A stretch of DNA of 64,000 nucleotides, from positions 64,001 to 128,000 of the IMG/VR virus record IMGVR_UViG_3300029258_001212. One strand, written 5' to 3'. Positions 29,049 to 38,632 of the stretch are shown here, piece after piece (position 1 is the first letter of the stretch; each line of letters opens with the position of its first letter). Under the pieces are notes generated by a model. It did not search any database and was not told the DNA's origin. It worked only from the letters and a program-made list of their open reading frames with translations. The position numbers and the translations under genes were made by a program. This stretch comes from a virus.

Positions 29049-29615
29049 ATGACGACGAAAGCATCGAAATCCACCCGTTCCAAAAAGGCTCCGGCCAAGA
29101 AGCGCACCACGAAGCGCAAGGCAGCGGCCAAGAAAAAGGCCGCCAAGGCCAAGGTGAAGCCCGCGCCCGAGCCCGCGGACAAGGATGAGCCCCATCCGCT
29201 CGCTGAGATCACACTCGAGGAGCGTGACTGGCTCATGAGCAAGTTCATGGTGGAGCGAGTCAGCGGCACCCAGGCGAAGCTCACGGCGGCCAAGCAGCAG
29301 CTCGAGATCCTCATGAGGGATCACATCGCTCAAAAGGCTGCCCAGAAAGCCCAGATCAACACCGCGGAGGCGGAGGTTCGCCAGGCGGACAACGAGATGA
29401 AGGTGTTTTTGGGGGAACTCGAGCACAAGCTCGGGATCAACCTTCAGAATTACACCTGGCAGTCGGACGGCAAGATCATCTACATGGGTGACCTGGAAGA
29501 GATCGGCAATCAACAGCCGTCTCAACAGGCCAGCCAGCCCAAGAAAACCGAATCACCCGAACCTGGATCTGAGGATGAGGCGGAAGCTGAATTCCTGAAC
29601 AGTCGGGTGGTCTAA
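29049..29615 (+). CDS. Hypothetical protein, Lys-rich N-terminus and coiled coil
   Basis: GGAGG RBS; histone-like K/A N-terminus; same layout as 17349-17843. Confidence 0.6.
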   Translation: MTTKASKSTRSKKAPAKKRTTKRKAAAKKKAAKAKVKPAPEPADKDEPHPLAEITLEERDWLMSKFMVERVSGTQAKLTAAKQQLEILMRDHIAQKAAQKAQINTAEAEVRQADNEMKVFLGELEHKLGINLQNYTWQSDGKIIYMGDLEEIGNQQPSQQASQPKKTESPEPGSEDEAEAEFLNSRVV

Positions 29616-29642
29616 CCATCTTCTGGACAGGAGCACCGAGAC

Positions 29643-31043
29643 ATGGCCCAAGTCAGATTTTTCAAGCTGGATCCGAGCAACGGATTCCACGATCAGCACG
29701 ACCCCACGGCGGACGAGCTCACCCTCGCCGGCATTGTGATGAATGGCGACATTGCCATGGGATCGAACGAGGTGACCGGCCTACCGGGGACGCCCAGCGG
29801 CGACACGGCGGCGGCCTCGAAAGCCTACGTGGACAGCGTGGCGGCGGGGCTGGCGTGGAAGGAACCGGCGGCGGTGCTCAAGATCAAGGATGACTCCGAC
29901 CAGAGCGGAGTGGATCCGACCGCTGGTGCGACCGGCGAGGCGTGGCTGGTGAACAACTGGTCCACCCAGACGGATGGCGACATTGTGGAGTGGGACGGCT
30001 CCCAGTGGAACGTGGTGGTGGCCAACTCCGGCGGCGAGCCCCCGGACGGCACCCGGGTGGTGGTGATCGACACCGGCGCGGCTGGATCGTTCACCGGCGA
30101 AGAGAACAACATCGGCACCTACGATGCTACCGGGAACACCTGGAGCTTCGATACTGCCACGGACGGCTGGGCGGTGCTGATCAACGGTGAGCTGTCCGTC
30201 TACGAGAACAAGGCGTTCGTCTACGATACCAACGCCTGGATCCAGTTCTCCGGCGGCAACTTCACGGCCGGCACCGGCCTGGACCTGACCGGCAACGTGC
30301 TGTCCGTCAACTTCGGTGACGGTATCACCGAGCTCCCCACGGACAGCGTGGGCATCGACCTGGCCACCACGCCGGGCCTCGAGCTCACCGGCGTCTCGCC
30401 GGACAAGCAGCTCCGCGTCCTGGTGGACGGTGCCCACGGCCTGGTGCTCGGTGCCAGCGGCGTGGAGCTCGAGCTGGACGACACCCCGGACACCCTGGAC
30501 GTGGACGGCGACGGGCTCAAGGTGGTCGGTCTGCCGAGCCTGTTCAAGATCAACGATGTGGCCGTGTCGGCCAACGTGACGGCGGCCAACCTGAACACCC
30601 TCACGGCGGGCCCCACCTCCAACGCGGACTCGCTGCACACGCACACCATCTCCGCCGTGGCCAGCGCCAAAAAGGTGCTCGACACCCACCTCAACAACGC
30701 AGCCGTCACCAGCGGCCGAGCAGTCCGCTGGAGTGCGGTCAACAACGAGATCCAGCACGCGGACAACGCGCCCATCGCCACCCCGGCCAATTCCCGGGCC
30801 ATCGGCGTGGCCCAGACGGGTGGCGCAGCCAACCCCGGCACCAGCGACGTGGTGAAGCATGGGATCTGCACCGGGTGCTTGAGCGGCGCCACGGTCAACA
30901 CGCCCTACTTCCTGGGCACGGCCGGCGCCCTGGTGACCTTCGGCAGCATCCCCACCCCGGGCCGCGTGGTCCGCATGGGCTTCGCTGCCAACGGGTCCGA
31001 CCTGGACGTGCAGGTGACGGACCTGGGCACCAAGCGCGTATAG
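29643..31043 (+). CDS. Head/neck fibre protein
   Basis: AASKAYVD, AGTGL shaft repeats, HTH motif, C-terminal cement-like domain. Confidence 0.65.
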   Translation: MAQVRFFKLDPSNGFHDQHDPTADELTLAGIVMNGDIAMGSNEVTGLPGTPSGDTAAASKAYVDSVAAGLAWKEPAAVLKIKDDSDQSGVDPTAGATGEAWLVNNWSTQTDGDIVEWDGSQWNVVVANSGGEPPDGTRVVVIDTGAAGSFTGEENNIGTYDATGNTWSFDTATDGWAVLINGELSVYENKAFVYDTNAWIQFSGGNFTAGTGLDLTGNVLSVNFGDGITELPTDSVGIDLATTPGLELTGVSPDKQLRVLVDGAHGLVLGASGVELELDDTPDTLDVDGDGLKVVGLPSLFKINDVAVSANVTAANLNTLTAGPTSNADSLHTHTISAVASAKKVLDTHLNNAAVTSGRAVRWSAVNNEIQHADNAPIATPANSRAIGVAQTGGAANPGTSDVVKHGICTGCLSGATVNTPYFLGTAGALVTFGSIPTPGRVVRMGFAANGSDLDVQVTDLGTKRV

Positions 31044-31054
31044 CGCAACCTGGA

Positions 31055-31080
31055 GCCGGGCAGCGATAGGGCTGCCCGGC
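31055..31080. other. Intergenic hairpin (no U-tract)
   Basis: GCCGGGCAGC-GATAGG-GCTGCCCGGC, perfect 10-bp stem. Confidence 0.55.
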
Positions 31081-31101
31081 CCTCCAGATTGGAGGCCGCA
31101 G

Positions 31102-31656
31102 ATGGGCACTGATGGCGATGCGGTACTCCCTGTAAAGTGGGAAAGTCCTAGCAGCGGAGGCACCGAGACCGACTACACCCCCGGGGAGGTGAACCCCTGG
31201 GAAGATGTGCTCGCTGCCCGCGGAATCTATCCCCAGCGACCATCCCCTGATTCCACCATCCGCAAGACGGTCAAGCTATCCCAGGACGGCGCGGACCGGA
31301 TGACCTTCGAGGACGCGGAGAACACTACACCTCTGACTCTCACTGATTTGGCCACAGGTGGGGGTGGACTCACGCCGGCAACGCATCGTGTACTGGATCA
31401 ACTCGTCCACGATGTGGCAGAGGACTACTACCTGGAAAACACGTGGAGCGGTGCCCGGCTCACGAATATGACGTACTGGACGGATGCTACCAAGACGGTC
31501 AGGGTCCGCGAGCACCAATACACGTACACGGGCAGTCGGGTGACCCAAGAGGTGATCATTCAGTATGATGGGAGTGGTGTCGCTGTGGAGACGTTGACGA
31601 TCACGAACACCTGGAGCGGCGGCAAGCTGGCCAGCCAGACGGCGGTGCTTACATGA
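31102..31656 (+). CDS. Virion structural protein
   Basis: GGAGG RBS; C-terminal TW/YTxSG beta-hairpin repeats. Confidence 0.55.
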   Translation: MGTDGDAVLPVKWESPSSGGTETDYTPGEVNPWEDVLAARGIYPQRPSPDSTIRKTVKLSQDGADRMTFEDAENTTPLTLTDLATGGGGLTPATHRVLDQLVHDVAEDYYLENTWSGARLTNMTYWTDATKTVRVREHQYTYTGSRVTQEVIIQYDGSGVAVETLTITNTWSGGKLASQTAVLT

Positions 31657-32732
31657 GCGGAGCAACGATTGTCGTCATTGACGAAAGCAGCCCCCGGAAC
31701 ATCCTGGGGACCTACGAGTGGGACAGGAGCGGCGGCGGAGTGCTGATTGCCCCGGCCGTGAGCGCCCTACCCAGCCCCGCAGAGCCCGGGGAGATCGTCT
31801 GGCTAAAGACCGACAACAAGCTGTACCGTCGAAACGACTTGGACACGGCTTGGGATGCACTGGAGTCGGCTGTCGCATTGCACGGAAGCACCCATGAGGA
31901 AGGGGGTGCCGACGAAATCAACGTGGCCGGGCTCTCCGGTGTCCTGGCCGACGACCAGCCTGCCCAAACTCACGCCCTTGGCGGCTCGAAGCACAGCGCA
32001 GACACCTTGGCCAACCTGAACAGCAAGGTGTCTGACGCCACCCTGGACGACGCAAGTGACCCACGCGACCCGAACGCACATGCGGTAACCCATGAGAACG
32101 GCGGCTCTGATGAAATCAACGTCGCCGGGTTGTCCGGGACACTGGCCGACCCGCAGACACCATCGGGCCACGGCTCGACCCACCAGGATGGCGGCTCGGA
32201 TGAAATCAGCGTGGCCGGCCTGTCCGGTGTGCTCGCAGACGGACAGGACGCAGCACAGATCCAAGGCCGGGATGTGGCAGCCACGGCACCATCGGCAGAC
32301 CAGGTGCTCGCGTGGAGCGGCAGTCAGTGGGAGCCAGCGGACCAGCAGGGCGGCGTGTTCGGCACGGAGTTGGATTACGCCAACGATGACACGGTATCGC
32401 AGACCACCAGCACGTCATGGCAGCAGAAGCTACGGCTGTCGGTGACGGGCCTGCCTGCTGGGACATACCGGATCGCGTTCTACTACAACTGGCAGTACAG
32501 CGTGGCATTCCGTGACTTCCAGGGGCGTGTGCAACTGGACGACACCACGAACTTGTTCCTGCATCAGCAGGAGCCGAAGGATCCGGGCACCGATCAGGTC
32601 TACGTCGAGTCTGGGTTCATCCATGTGGCGCTGAACGGCGACCACGACATTGACATTGACTACCGCGCATCGCAGGCCGGCGATACGGCCTACATCGCGT
32701 TTGCTCGGTTGGAAATCTGGAGAGTCAGCTAA
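31653..32732 (+). CDS. Fibre protein with His-containing repeats
   Basis: HxxTHxxGGxDEIxVAGLSGxLAD three times; APSADQVLAWSG. Confidence 0.65.
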   Translation: MSGATIVVIDESSPRNILGTYEWDRSGGGVLIAPAVSALPSPAEPGEIVWLKTDNKLYRRNDLDTAWDALESAVALHGSTHEEGGADEINVAGLSGVLADDQPAQTHALGGSKHSADTLANLNSKVSDATLDDASDPRDPNAHAVTHENGGSDEINVAGLSGTLADPQTPSGHGSTHQDGGSDEISVAGLSGVLADGQDAAQIQGRDVAATAPSADQVLAWSGSQWEPADQQGGVFGTELDYANDDTVSQTTSTSWQQKLRLSVTGLPAGTYRIAFYYNWQYSVAFRDFQGRVQLDDTTNLFLHQQEPKDPGTDQVYVESGFIHVALNGDHDIDIDYRASQAGDTAYIAFARLEIWRVS

Positions 32733-33757
32733 TGGCGGAGACCAAGTACAGCTACAGCGTCAGCGAAGACTTCCCGAACGGGAAGGTTGCGCCCGACCGG
32801 CTCACCCAGGAGATTCAGGCGAGCACCATCACGGTCGCCTTGGACTGCATCAACGTCAACGGTGACAACTGCGACGTTTGGTTCAAAGCAGAGCTTTCGG
32901 CCGGAGAGCATACGACGCTGGATGGCGTGGTGGCGGCCCACAGCGGTGAGCCGATCCCGAATCCAACGGCGCAACTCGACTCACAGAACCGCACAGTCAC
33001 AGTGAAGGAGCCACAGCACGATGGAGAGGCGCGTCTGATCGTGACGCACCTGTGGACCGACCCATGTACCTGGTATGGGGACAGCGAGCGGGTGGAAGGT
33101 GGAGATCTCACCGACTCCGGCGATGGGCTCACGTTCACCAGTGGCAAGGAGCATTGGATTGACCTGACACACGGGCGCGTGTTCCGTGAGGACCGTGTGA
33201 GCGCACCATATCTGGTCAAGGTCTACGTGGATGGCGTGGAGAAAGCCGAGCGTCCACCGTTCAAGGACGAGGGGGGCGACTACACGATCAACTACGAAGA
33301 CGGCACCGTGACGTTCGCGGAGTCGCAGGCAGGCAAGACGATCACGGCCGACTACAGCTACGAAAACGGTTCTACGTTCTACATGCAGCCGAACGAAGGC
33401 AAGAAGCTATGGATCGAGAAGTCGGAAGCGCAGTTCACCACCGACATTACGATGAACGATACCTTCCAGTACCAGCCGGCCGTGATCGGCGGCCCCACGG
33501 TTGGGCTTGGCCACATCTACAAGAAGTGGTTTGACTTGGTTCAGGAGGCAAACGGGGTGTATCCGATCACGCCAGCACTAGGCGGAGCAAAGCGGGGCCT
33601 GGAGCACGACGTGGTGAACATCCCATTCGACTTTGGCCCGGTGCGGGAGTTGATCGATGGGCAGGGCATCGAGATCCGCATTTGGCTGGAGGAGCACAAC
33701 GCCTTCGATGGTGAGGTGGTATCGGTCACATTCTACTGCATGGAATACGACAAGTGA
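32732..33757 (+). CDS. Virion structural protein
   Basis: N-terminal domain shared with 33808-34413; YTINYEDGTVTF module. Confidence 0.6.
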   Translation: MAETKYSYSVSEDFPNGKVAPDRLTQEIQASTITVALDCINVNGDNCDVWFKAELSAGEHTTLDGVVAAHSGEPIPNPTAQLDSQNRTVTVKEPQHDGEARLIVTHLWTDPCTWYGDSERVEGGDLTDSGDGLTFTSGKEHWIDLTHGRVFREDRVSAPYLVKVYVDGVEKAERPPFKDEGGDYTINYEDGTVTFAESQAGKTITADYSYENGSTFYMQPNEGKKLWIEKSEAQFTTDITMNDTFQYQPAVIGGPTVGLGHIYKKWFDLVQEANGVYPITPALGGAKRGLEHDVVNIPFDFGPVRELIDGQGIEIRIWLEEHNAFDGEVVSVTFYCMEYDK

Positions 33758-33807
33758 TTTTACCCGGGGCAACCGACTGGTTGCTCGACGCTCTATGGAG
33801 GCTTCTC

Positions 33808-34413
33808 ATGAGCACCAGCTACGATTACAGCATCAGCGGCGACTTCCCGAACGGGCAAGTGAACCCGTCCGTTTTGTACGCAGAGATCAACGCCGAATCA
33901 GCTATCACGGTCCCATTGGAGGCGATCAACGTAAACGGCGACGTGTGCAGTGTCGTCTTCGAGGGTCCGTTGTCCCCCACAGAAAAAACCGCACTGGACG
34001 ACCTGGTTGCCAATCACACTGGTGAGGAAACCACGAGCGATGTGCAGTACGCCTATTCGGAAAACGAGCAGGGCACCACCGGGCAGACCTGGATGGAGAA
34101 GCTGGAGCTTCAGTCCGACCCGCTGGGTGGCGGCGAGTACCTGGTGACGTGGTACTGCGAGATCAAGCTCCTAAGCGGCACCCCGAACACGGGTGCCTTT
34201 GCCCAGTTCACCCTGAACGGCACAGAGCGCGGCGCCGACGTGAATGACCTGAATCAGTGGAAGGCGTTCAGTGGTTCGGCCATCGCCCCGTTCCCCGCCG
34301 GTGGTGAGCCGGTGCTGGCCATCAACTGGCGCCGCTTAGGTGGCTCTGATGAGGCCCTCATCAGGCGGGCGCGCTTGTCCATCAGTCCAGTCGAGAAAGG
34401 GAATGGCGAATAG
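33808..34413 (+). CDS. Virion structural protein (chimeric domains)
   Basis: N-domain like 32732, C-domain like 31653. Confidence 0.6.
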   Translation: MSTSYDYSISGDFPNGQVNPSVLYAEINAESAITVPLEAINVNGDVCSVVFEGPLSPTEKTALDDLVANHTGEETTSDVQYAYSENEQGTTGQTWMEKLELQSDPLGGGEYLVTWYCEIKLLSGTPNTGAFAQFTLNGTERGADVNDLNQWKAFSGSAIAPFPAGGEPVLAINWRRLGGSDEALIRRARLSISPVEKGNGE

Positions 34414-34416
34414 GAC

Positions 34417-34485
34417 ACCCTCTTGACTCTTATTCCCCTACAAGGGGAGATAAGGTTAATTAAGAAGAAGCAATGAGCGTGCCAA
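34417..34485. repeat. Dispersed element, copy 4 (overlaps next start codon)
   Basis: ACCCTCTTGACTCTTATTCCCCTACAAGGGGAGATAAGGTTAATTAAGAAGAAGCAATGAGCGTGCCAA. Confidence 0.9.
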
Positions 34486-35012
34486 TCTCGGAAGACCAAC
34501 GGACCTGGGTGATCTTGAGCACCACCGAGACCTTCCTGGGAAGGGCCATCAGGTGGTTCACACGCGCGCCAAGGGGCGCGAGCCATGCCTCGGTGAGCTA
34601 CTACTCCGGCAAGCTGGGCCAGCGCCTGGTACTCGAGGCCAGCGCCTACGGATACCGGGTACTCCCTTGGGCGAAGTGGAAGAACATGGACCCCGGCAAG
34701 CGCGTGTGGGTGTACGCGGAGGCGCGCATCAGTCTCCTGAAGGGGCTCCAGCACGTGGCGGCCGAGCTCGGGCGCCCCTACGATTACAAGCTGATGCTCT
34801 GGCACGCCCTTCGGTTCTGGTTCAAGCGATGGCTCAAGAAGCCGTGGCGCAACCCAAGGCGGTGGGCGTGCCAGGAGGCGACAATCATCATGCTCCAGGC
34901 GTCTGGCGTGGGTGGATCTTTCCGCGTTGACCCCGAGGCCACAACACCTGAGCAGCTCCGCGTGTGGCTGTCCGGCTGCCCGGAGCTCGAGCAGATTGAG
35001 GTGCCCCTGTGA
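34473..35012 (+). CDS. Permuted papain-like amidase (YiiX/YebB-like NlpC/P60)
   Basis: RAIRWFT..SHA, LGRPYDY, RWACQE, TTPEQL; His before Cys (permuted order). Confidence 0.75.
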   Translation: MSVPISEDQRTWVILSTTETFLGRAIRWFTRAPRGASHASVSYYSGKLGQRLVLEASAYGYRVLPWAKWKNMDPGKRVWVYAEARISLLKGLQHVAAELGRPYDYKLMLWHALRFWFKRWLKKPWRNPRRWACQEATIIMLQASGVGGSFRVDPEATTPEQLRVWLSGCPELEQIEVPL

Positions 35013-36016
35013 CTTCCACCGTGATTCTCCTGGCGATGATCGGCACCATGTGGGGCATCATCGCCGGCTACCGCGCCTACTTCAATCGGCGCAAGCGGCG
35101 CCAGGTGGCCACGAACTCTGGCCGAGAGACCCAGGAGCTCCAGGCCATGGTGGACGCCTTCAAGGGTTCTCATGCAGTCTCCAGGGGCTGGATGATGGGC
35201 CTGATGGCAGCCGGCGTAGCTGTGGCAACGGCTCTGGGGGCGCTGTTCATCAGCCTGATGGCTGGTGAGCCGGGTGGCTCCACCAAGACGATGCCACAGC
35301 GTGCTTCTGGGATGAGCGCCGCCATGAACGCCATGCGGCCAGAGGCCATGGACGCCATGCGGCCACCAGAGCGGCGACACCGGCGCCGGATGCAGGTGGT
35401 GATCGTGATCACCGATGACGGGGTGGAACCCATCGACAACCCCATGGACCGCTGTGAGCCAGGCAAGGTGGTTCACGTCACCAAGGACGGCGTGAAGTGC
35501 CTCAAGCTCGGGTCCAAGGAGGCGAGAGCGGTGCTCGAGGAAGGCAACAAGCCGATCACGGACGTTGTGAAGCTCCGCGAGGACGTGATGCGCGTTGCCC
35601 CCATGCGGCCCCAGGTGATGCGCCAAGGTTTCGCGCCAGGCGTTGGGAACGTGGGCAAGGACGTAGCGAAGCGTAAGGGCAAGGGCGTCTGGCAGAAGTA
35701 CGCGGAGATTGTCTATTTCCTCACCACGTTCCTCGGGGTGGTGCTCAGATTCATCTGGGATCACAACCTCGAGCGCCGCCGGTGCCAGGCGGCCGGACTC
35801 GCCACAGAGCGGTTCAACTTCATGAACCTGGTGGTGGGCTTTTTCATCGGCGTGGCCGTTCATCTTCTCATGTCCAAGGCCATGGGCGTGGGCTATGAAA
35901 CGGCCACCTTTCAAAACGTGCTCCTCGCATCGTACAATGGGTTCCTGTGGCCGAGCATTCTCAAGGACGTGAGCGAGTTCCGCGGGTTGCGGAAGTCCGA
36001 TGGCGCGGTGGCATGA
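35009..36016 (+). CDS. Multi-pass membrane protein
   Basis: About 5 hydrophobic segments, Met-rich linker. Confidence 0.55.
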   Translation: MTSTVILLAMIGTMWGIIAGYRAYFNRRKRRQVATNSGRETQELQAMVDAFKGSHAVSRGWMMGLMAAGVAVATALGALFISLMAGEPGGSTKTMPQRASGMSAAMNAMRPEAMDAMRPPERRHRRRMQVVIVITDDGVEPIDNPMDRCEPGKVVHVTKDGVKCLKLGSKEARAVLEEGNKPITDVVKLREDVMRVAPMRPQVMRQGFAPGVGNVGKDVAKRKGKGVWQKYAEIVYFLTTFLGVVLRFIWDHNLERRRCQAAGLATERFNFMNLVVGFFIGVAVHLLMSKAMGVGYETATFQNVLLASYNGFLWPSILKDVSEFRGLRKSDGAVA

Positions 36017-36019
36017 ACC

Positions 36020-36580
36020 ATGAGCAGAGAGCTACCTGTCAACGTAGGAGTCATTGACCAGTTCCCCGTCTGGGAACCGGACGGCTCCGGGCAGAAGCAC
36101 AGCGGGCTCACCATCGGGGACTTCGCCGTCACCATCTTCCACGATGGGGTGGAGCAGACCGGCTACGTCTACGGGATCGCGGAGATCGATAACCTGGGCG
36201 AGTACCGAATCTCCTGGACGCCCAACGCCACCGGCTTCTGGTTGGTGGAGGTGCTCATCGACTACAACCTTCAGGTCTGGTACGAGGAGTACGATGTGGT
36301 GGACGCCTCGCAGAGCGAGATCTACCAGATGGTGGCTCGCGCCCTGGGCCTGGTCCACGAAAACATCTTCATCGACACCACCAGCTACGATGCGGATGGT
36401 CAGCTTGTAGCGGCCCGCGTGCGCCTCTTCGAGTCCAAGGCAGACGTGGAGCTCGCCACCGATGGCGGCCAGCCCCCGCCGGCCGGCACGGACCCAGAGC
36501 ACCTGGCGGAGTACACCATCGGGATCACCTGGGAAGGCACCAACCGGTACAAGGTGTTCAAACAGGTGCTCGAGCCATGA
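36020..36580 (+). CDS. Virion structural protein
   Basis: GEYRISWTPNATGFW Ig-like pattern; RALGLVHEN. Confidence 0.5.
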   Translation: MSRELPVNVGVIDQFPVWEPDGSGQKHSGLTIGDFAVTIFHDGVEQTGYVYGIAEIDNLGEYRISWTPNATGFWLVEVLIDYNLQVWYEEYDVVDASQSEIYQMVARALGLVHENIFIDTTSYDADGQLVAARVRLFESKADVELATDGGQPPPAGTDPEHLAEYTIGITWEGTNRYKVFKQVLEP

Positions 36581-36888
36581 TCGCCTTCATCGCCCAGACC
36601 GGTCTACTCGAGCTCCTCGCCGTGTGCGTGGTAGTCGGGATTTCCCTGTCCACCCTCGGGAAGATTTGGCCCCAGGCGGCCATCACCAGGGAGCAGTTCA
36701 CGGAGCTCGACACGGACGTGGAGGGGGTGAGCGAGCTCCAGGTGGAAATGGTGGAGGTGGAGCCGGAGACCATGCAGGTGCAGCTCGAGGACATTGGCGA
36801 GATCACCGTGGAGGTGGAAGTGCTCGACACCGAGACCGGCGTGGTGGTGAAGGACTCTGGTATTACCGTGAAAATGGAGTGTGACTGA
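36577..36888 (+). CDS. Hypothetical acidic protein
   Basis: Coupled start/stop with both neighbours. Confidence 0.5.
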   Translation: MIAFIAQTGLLELLAVCVVVGISLSTLGKIWPQAAITREQFTELDTDVEGVSELQVEMVEVEPETMQVQLEDIGEITVEVEVLDTETGVVVKDSGITVKMECD

Positions 36889-37301
36889 TGGCTGACTCCC
36901 CGTTCTTCCAGCCCGATTGCGTGTGCTCGGATGTGATCAACCTCTACAAGAACCGGGATCGCACCATCCGGTTCACCATCACCAATGACGATGTGGGTGA
37001 TATTACGGGCGCCTTGATCTGGTTCTCTGTGAAAAAAGAGGTGACCGACACCGACAGCGAGGCGGTGATCACCAAGAAGTCCGCTGGCATCACTGGTGGC
37101 GACGATTCCCAAGCCAAGGTGGTGGACGGCGTGGCCAGGATCATCGAAGTCTACATCCTGCCAGCGGACACCGTGGACCTGGACGCTGGCGGCTACGTGT
37201 CGGACGCAGTGATCCAGCTCCCCACCGGGCGGAAGCTCCAGCTCAAGGACCCCTTCCGGTTCAACGTCCAGCAACCGGCCACCCTCGCGGAGACCCCATG
37301 A
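36888..37301 (+). CDS. BppU-N-like Ig-fold structural protein
   Basis: DITGALIWFSVK, VYILPADTVDLDAGGYVSD. Confidence 0.6.
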   Translation: MADSPFFQPDCVCSDVINLYKNRDRTIRFTITNDDVGDITGALIWFSVKKEVTDTDSEAVITKKSAGITGGDDSQAKVVDGVARIIEVYILPADTVDLDAGGYVSDAVIQLPTGRKLQLKDPFRFNVQQPATLAETP

Positions 37302-37720
37302 GCCAGATCCTCACCGAAGCGGAGCTTGAGCTCGCCCTGGCGGCCCAACAGGCCCAGCTAGAGGCCAAGGTGGCCCTCGCGGACCATGAGGTGGCCTACC
37401 AGGGCACCAAGGCCGAGCTAGTGGACCGGGTGAAGGCTACTACTGAGGCGCGCCAGCACGCCCTGGCGGCCATCCTACAGGCCCGTGGGCTTGACCCCCG
37501 CGAGTGGACGATCAACGTCGCTACGCAGGAGGTGGAGCCCGCTGGGGCGCCGTCCACGGGGCTCCTGGGTGGCCTGGGCGAGGTGCTACTGGAACAGGGC
37601 CAGGATCGGCCCTTTCGACCCCTGAGCTCCGAGGAGGAGCTCGAGCGCGGGCGCGGTGGCGCGGTGGCAGCGGTGCGCCTCACGCGACCTGGAAACGGAG
37701 GCCACGATGACAGGGACTGA
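37298..37720 (+). CDS. Hypothetical coiled-coil protein
   Basis: Coupled ORF. Confidence 0.5.
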   Translation: MSQILTEAELELALAAQQAQLEAKVALADHEVAYQGTKAELVDRVKATTEARQHALAAILQARGLDPREWTINVATQEVEPAGAPSTGLLGGLGEVLLEQGQDRPFRPLSSEEELERGRGGAVAAVRLTRPGNGGHDDRD

Positions 37721-38210
37721 ACGGCGCGGGATCGCCTTGATCCTGGTGACCACGATGCTCACGATGGCCACCTTGGCGTGCGCCCCCCAGGTGCAGACGG
37801 CCAAGCGGGCGCCCATCTTCGAGAAAGCCCAGGAGCTATCCAAGCTCCCGGCCCGGGTGGAGAAGCCGGCCAAAAAGACCGGCACGGTGGTGGCTGTCCG
37901 CAAGGGTGACCAGGTGCCCTTCGATGGCATCCTACTCACCGAGGACCGGGCGAAAAAAGCGGCCCAGCTCCGAATTTCCTACGATGAGCTGTACGATATT
38001 GCGACGATCAACCGGCGCTTCACCGGTGTGGCTCTCCGGGCGGCAGATGAGCAGCTCGCGGCGGCCGACAAGGAGATCGCCAGGCTTCGCAAGGCCCAGG
38101 ACTCCTGGTGGAACCGGCACAAGCTCACTGTGGGCATCGTGATCGGCACCATCCTCACGCTCGGACTCGGGGGCCTCGCGGTGTGGGGCGCCAGCGAGCT
38201 CAAGAAGTAG
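37707..38210 (+). CDS. Lipoprotein with C-terminal TM (unimolecular-spanin topology)
   Basis: Signal ending TLA-C lipobox, coiled coil, C-terminal TM, ends KK. Confidence 0.65.
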   Translation: MTGTERRGIALILVTTMLTMATLACAPQVQTAKRAPIFEKAQELSKLPARVEKPAKKTGTVVAVRKGDQVPFDGILLTEDRAKKAAQLRISYDELYDIATINRRFTGVALRAADEQLAAADKEIARLRKAQDSWWNRHKLTVGIVIGTILTLGLGGLAVWGASELKK

Positions 38211-38447
38211 CAGCCTTTCCCTTACTTTCCCTTATCCCTCTTGTGTCGGGTGCCCTGGTAGGGTAATTGTAGAAGCTCGGGTGGTAGCGGCTGCCCGACA
38301 GCGGACGCGGGGGCGGTTCCTGCGATGCCTCGGTGGTCAGTTCGGTTGCCATGGCCCTCCCCCATCCCCGCGCCCAAGCCGCGAGGTGGCTCGCTCCCCT
38401 GTGATGGCTGCAAGGCTGGGCCGGAGGGCAGCTCGAGAAACCGGCCC

Positions 38448-38475
38448 CGGCGGAGGCATTGAATCCGCCGCTTTT
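38448..38475 (+). terminator. Intrinsic terminator ending the structural region
   Basis: CGGCGGA-N9-TCCGCCG followed by CTTTT. Confidence 0.55.
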
Positions 38476-38494
38476 CGCCCAGGAGGAGACGGTG

Positions 38495-38523
38495 TTGACA
38501 GTCAGATCTGGCCAAAGTACCCT
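38495..38523 (+). promoter_or_regulatory. Sigma70-type promoter
   Basis: TTGACA, 17 bp, TACCCT. Confidence 0.6.
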
Positions 38524-38556
38524 GTCCGCAAAGCTGTGTTTCGTCACGGCTCCCTC

Positions 38557-38605
38557 GGACTGGTCGGGCAGCCCCCCAACACCCCCCCTGGCCAGTCCTT
38601 TTTTT
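38557..38605 (+). terminator. Intrinsic terminator/attenuator in the leader
   Basis: GGACTGGTCGGG...CCTGGCCAGTCC followed by T7. Confidence 0.75.
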
Positions 38606-38632
38606 GTCCAGCGACACGATTGGAGGTACGTG

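Noticed and set aside
38400-38447. SRP RNA or tRNA in the structured intergenic region
   Set aside because: Only superficial similarity to the SRP domain IV motif; no cloverleaf or T-loop found
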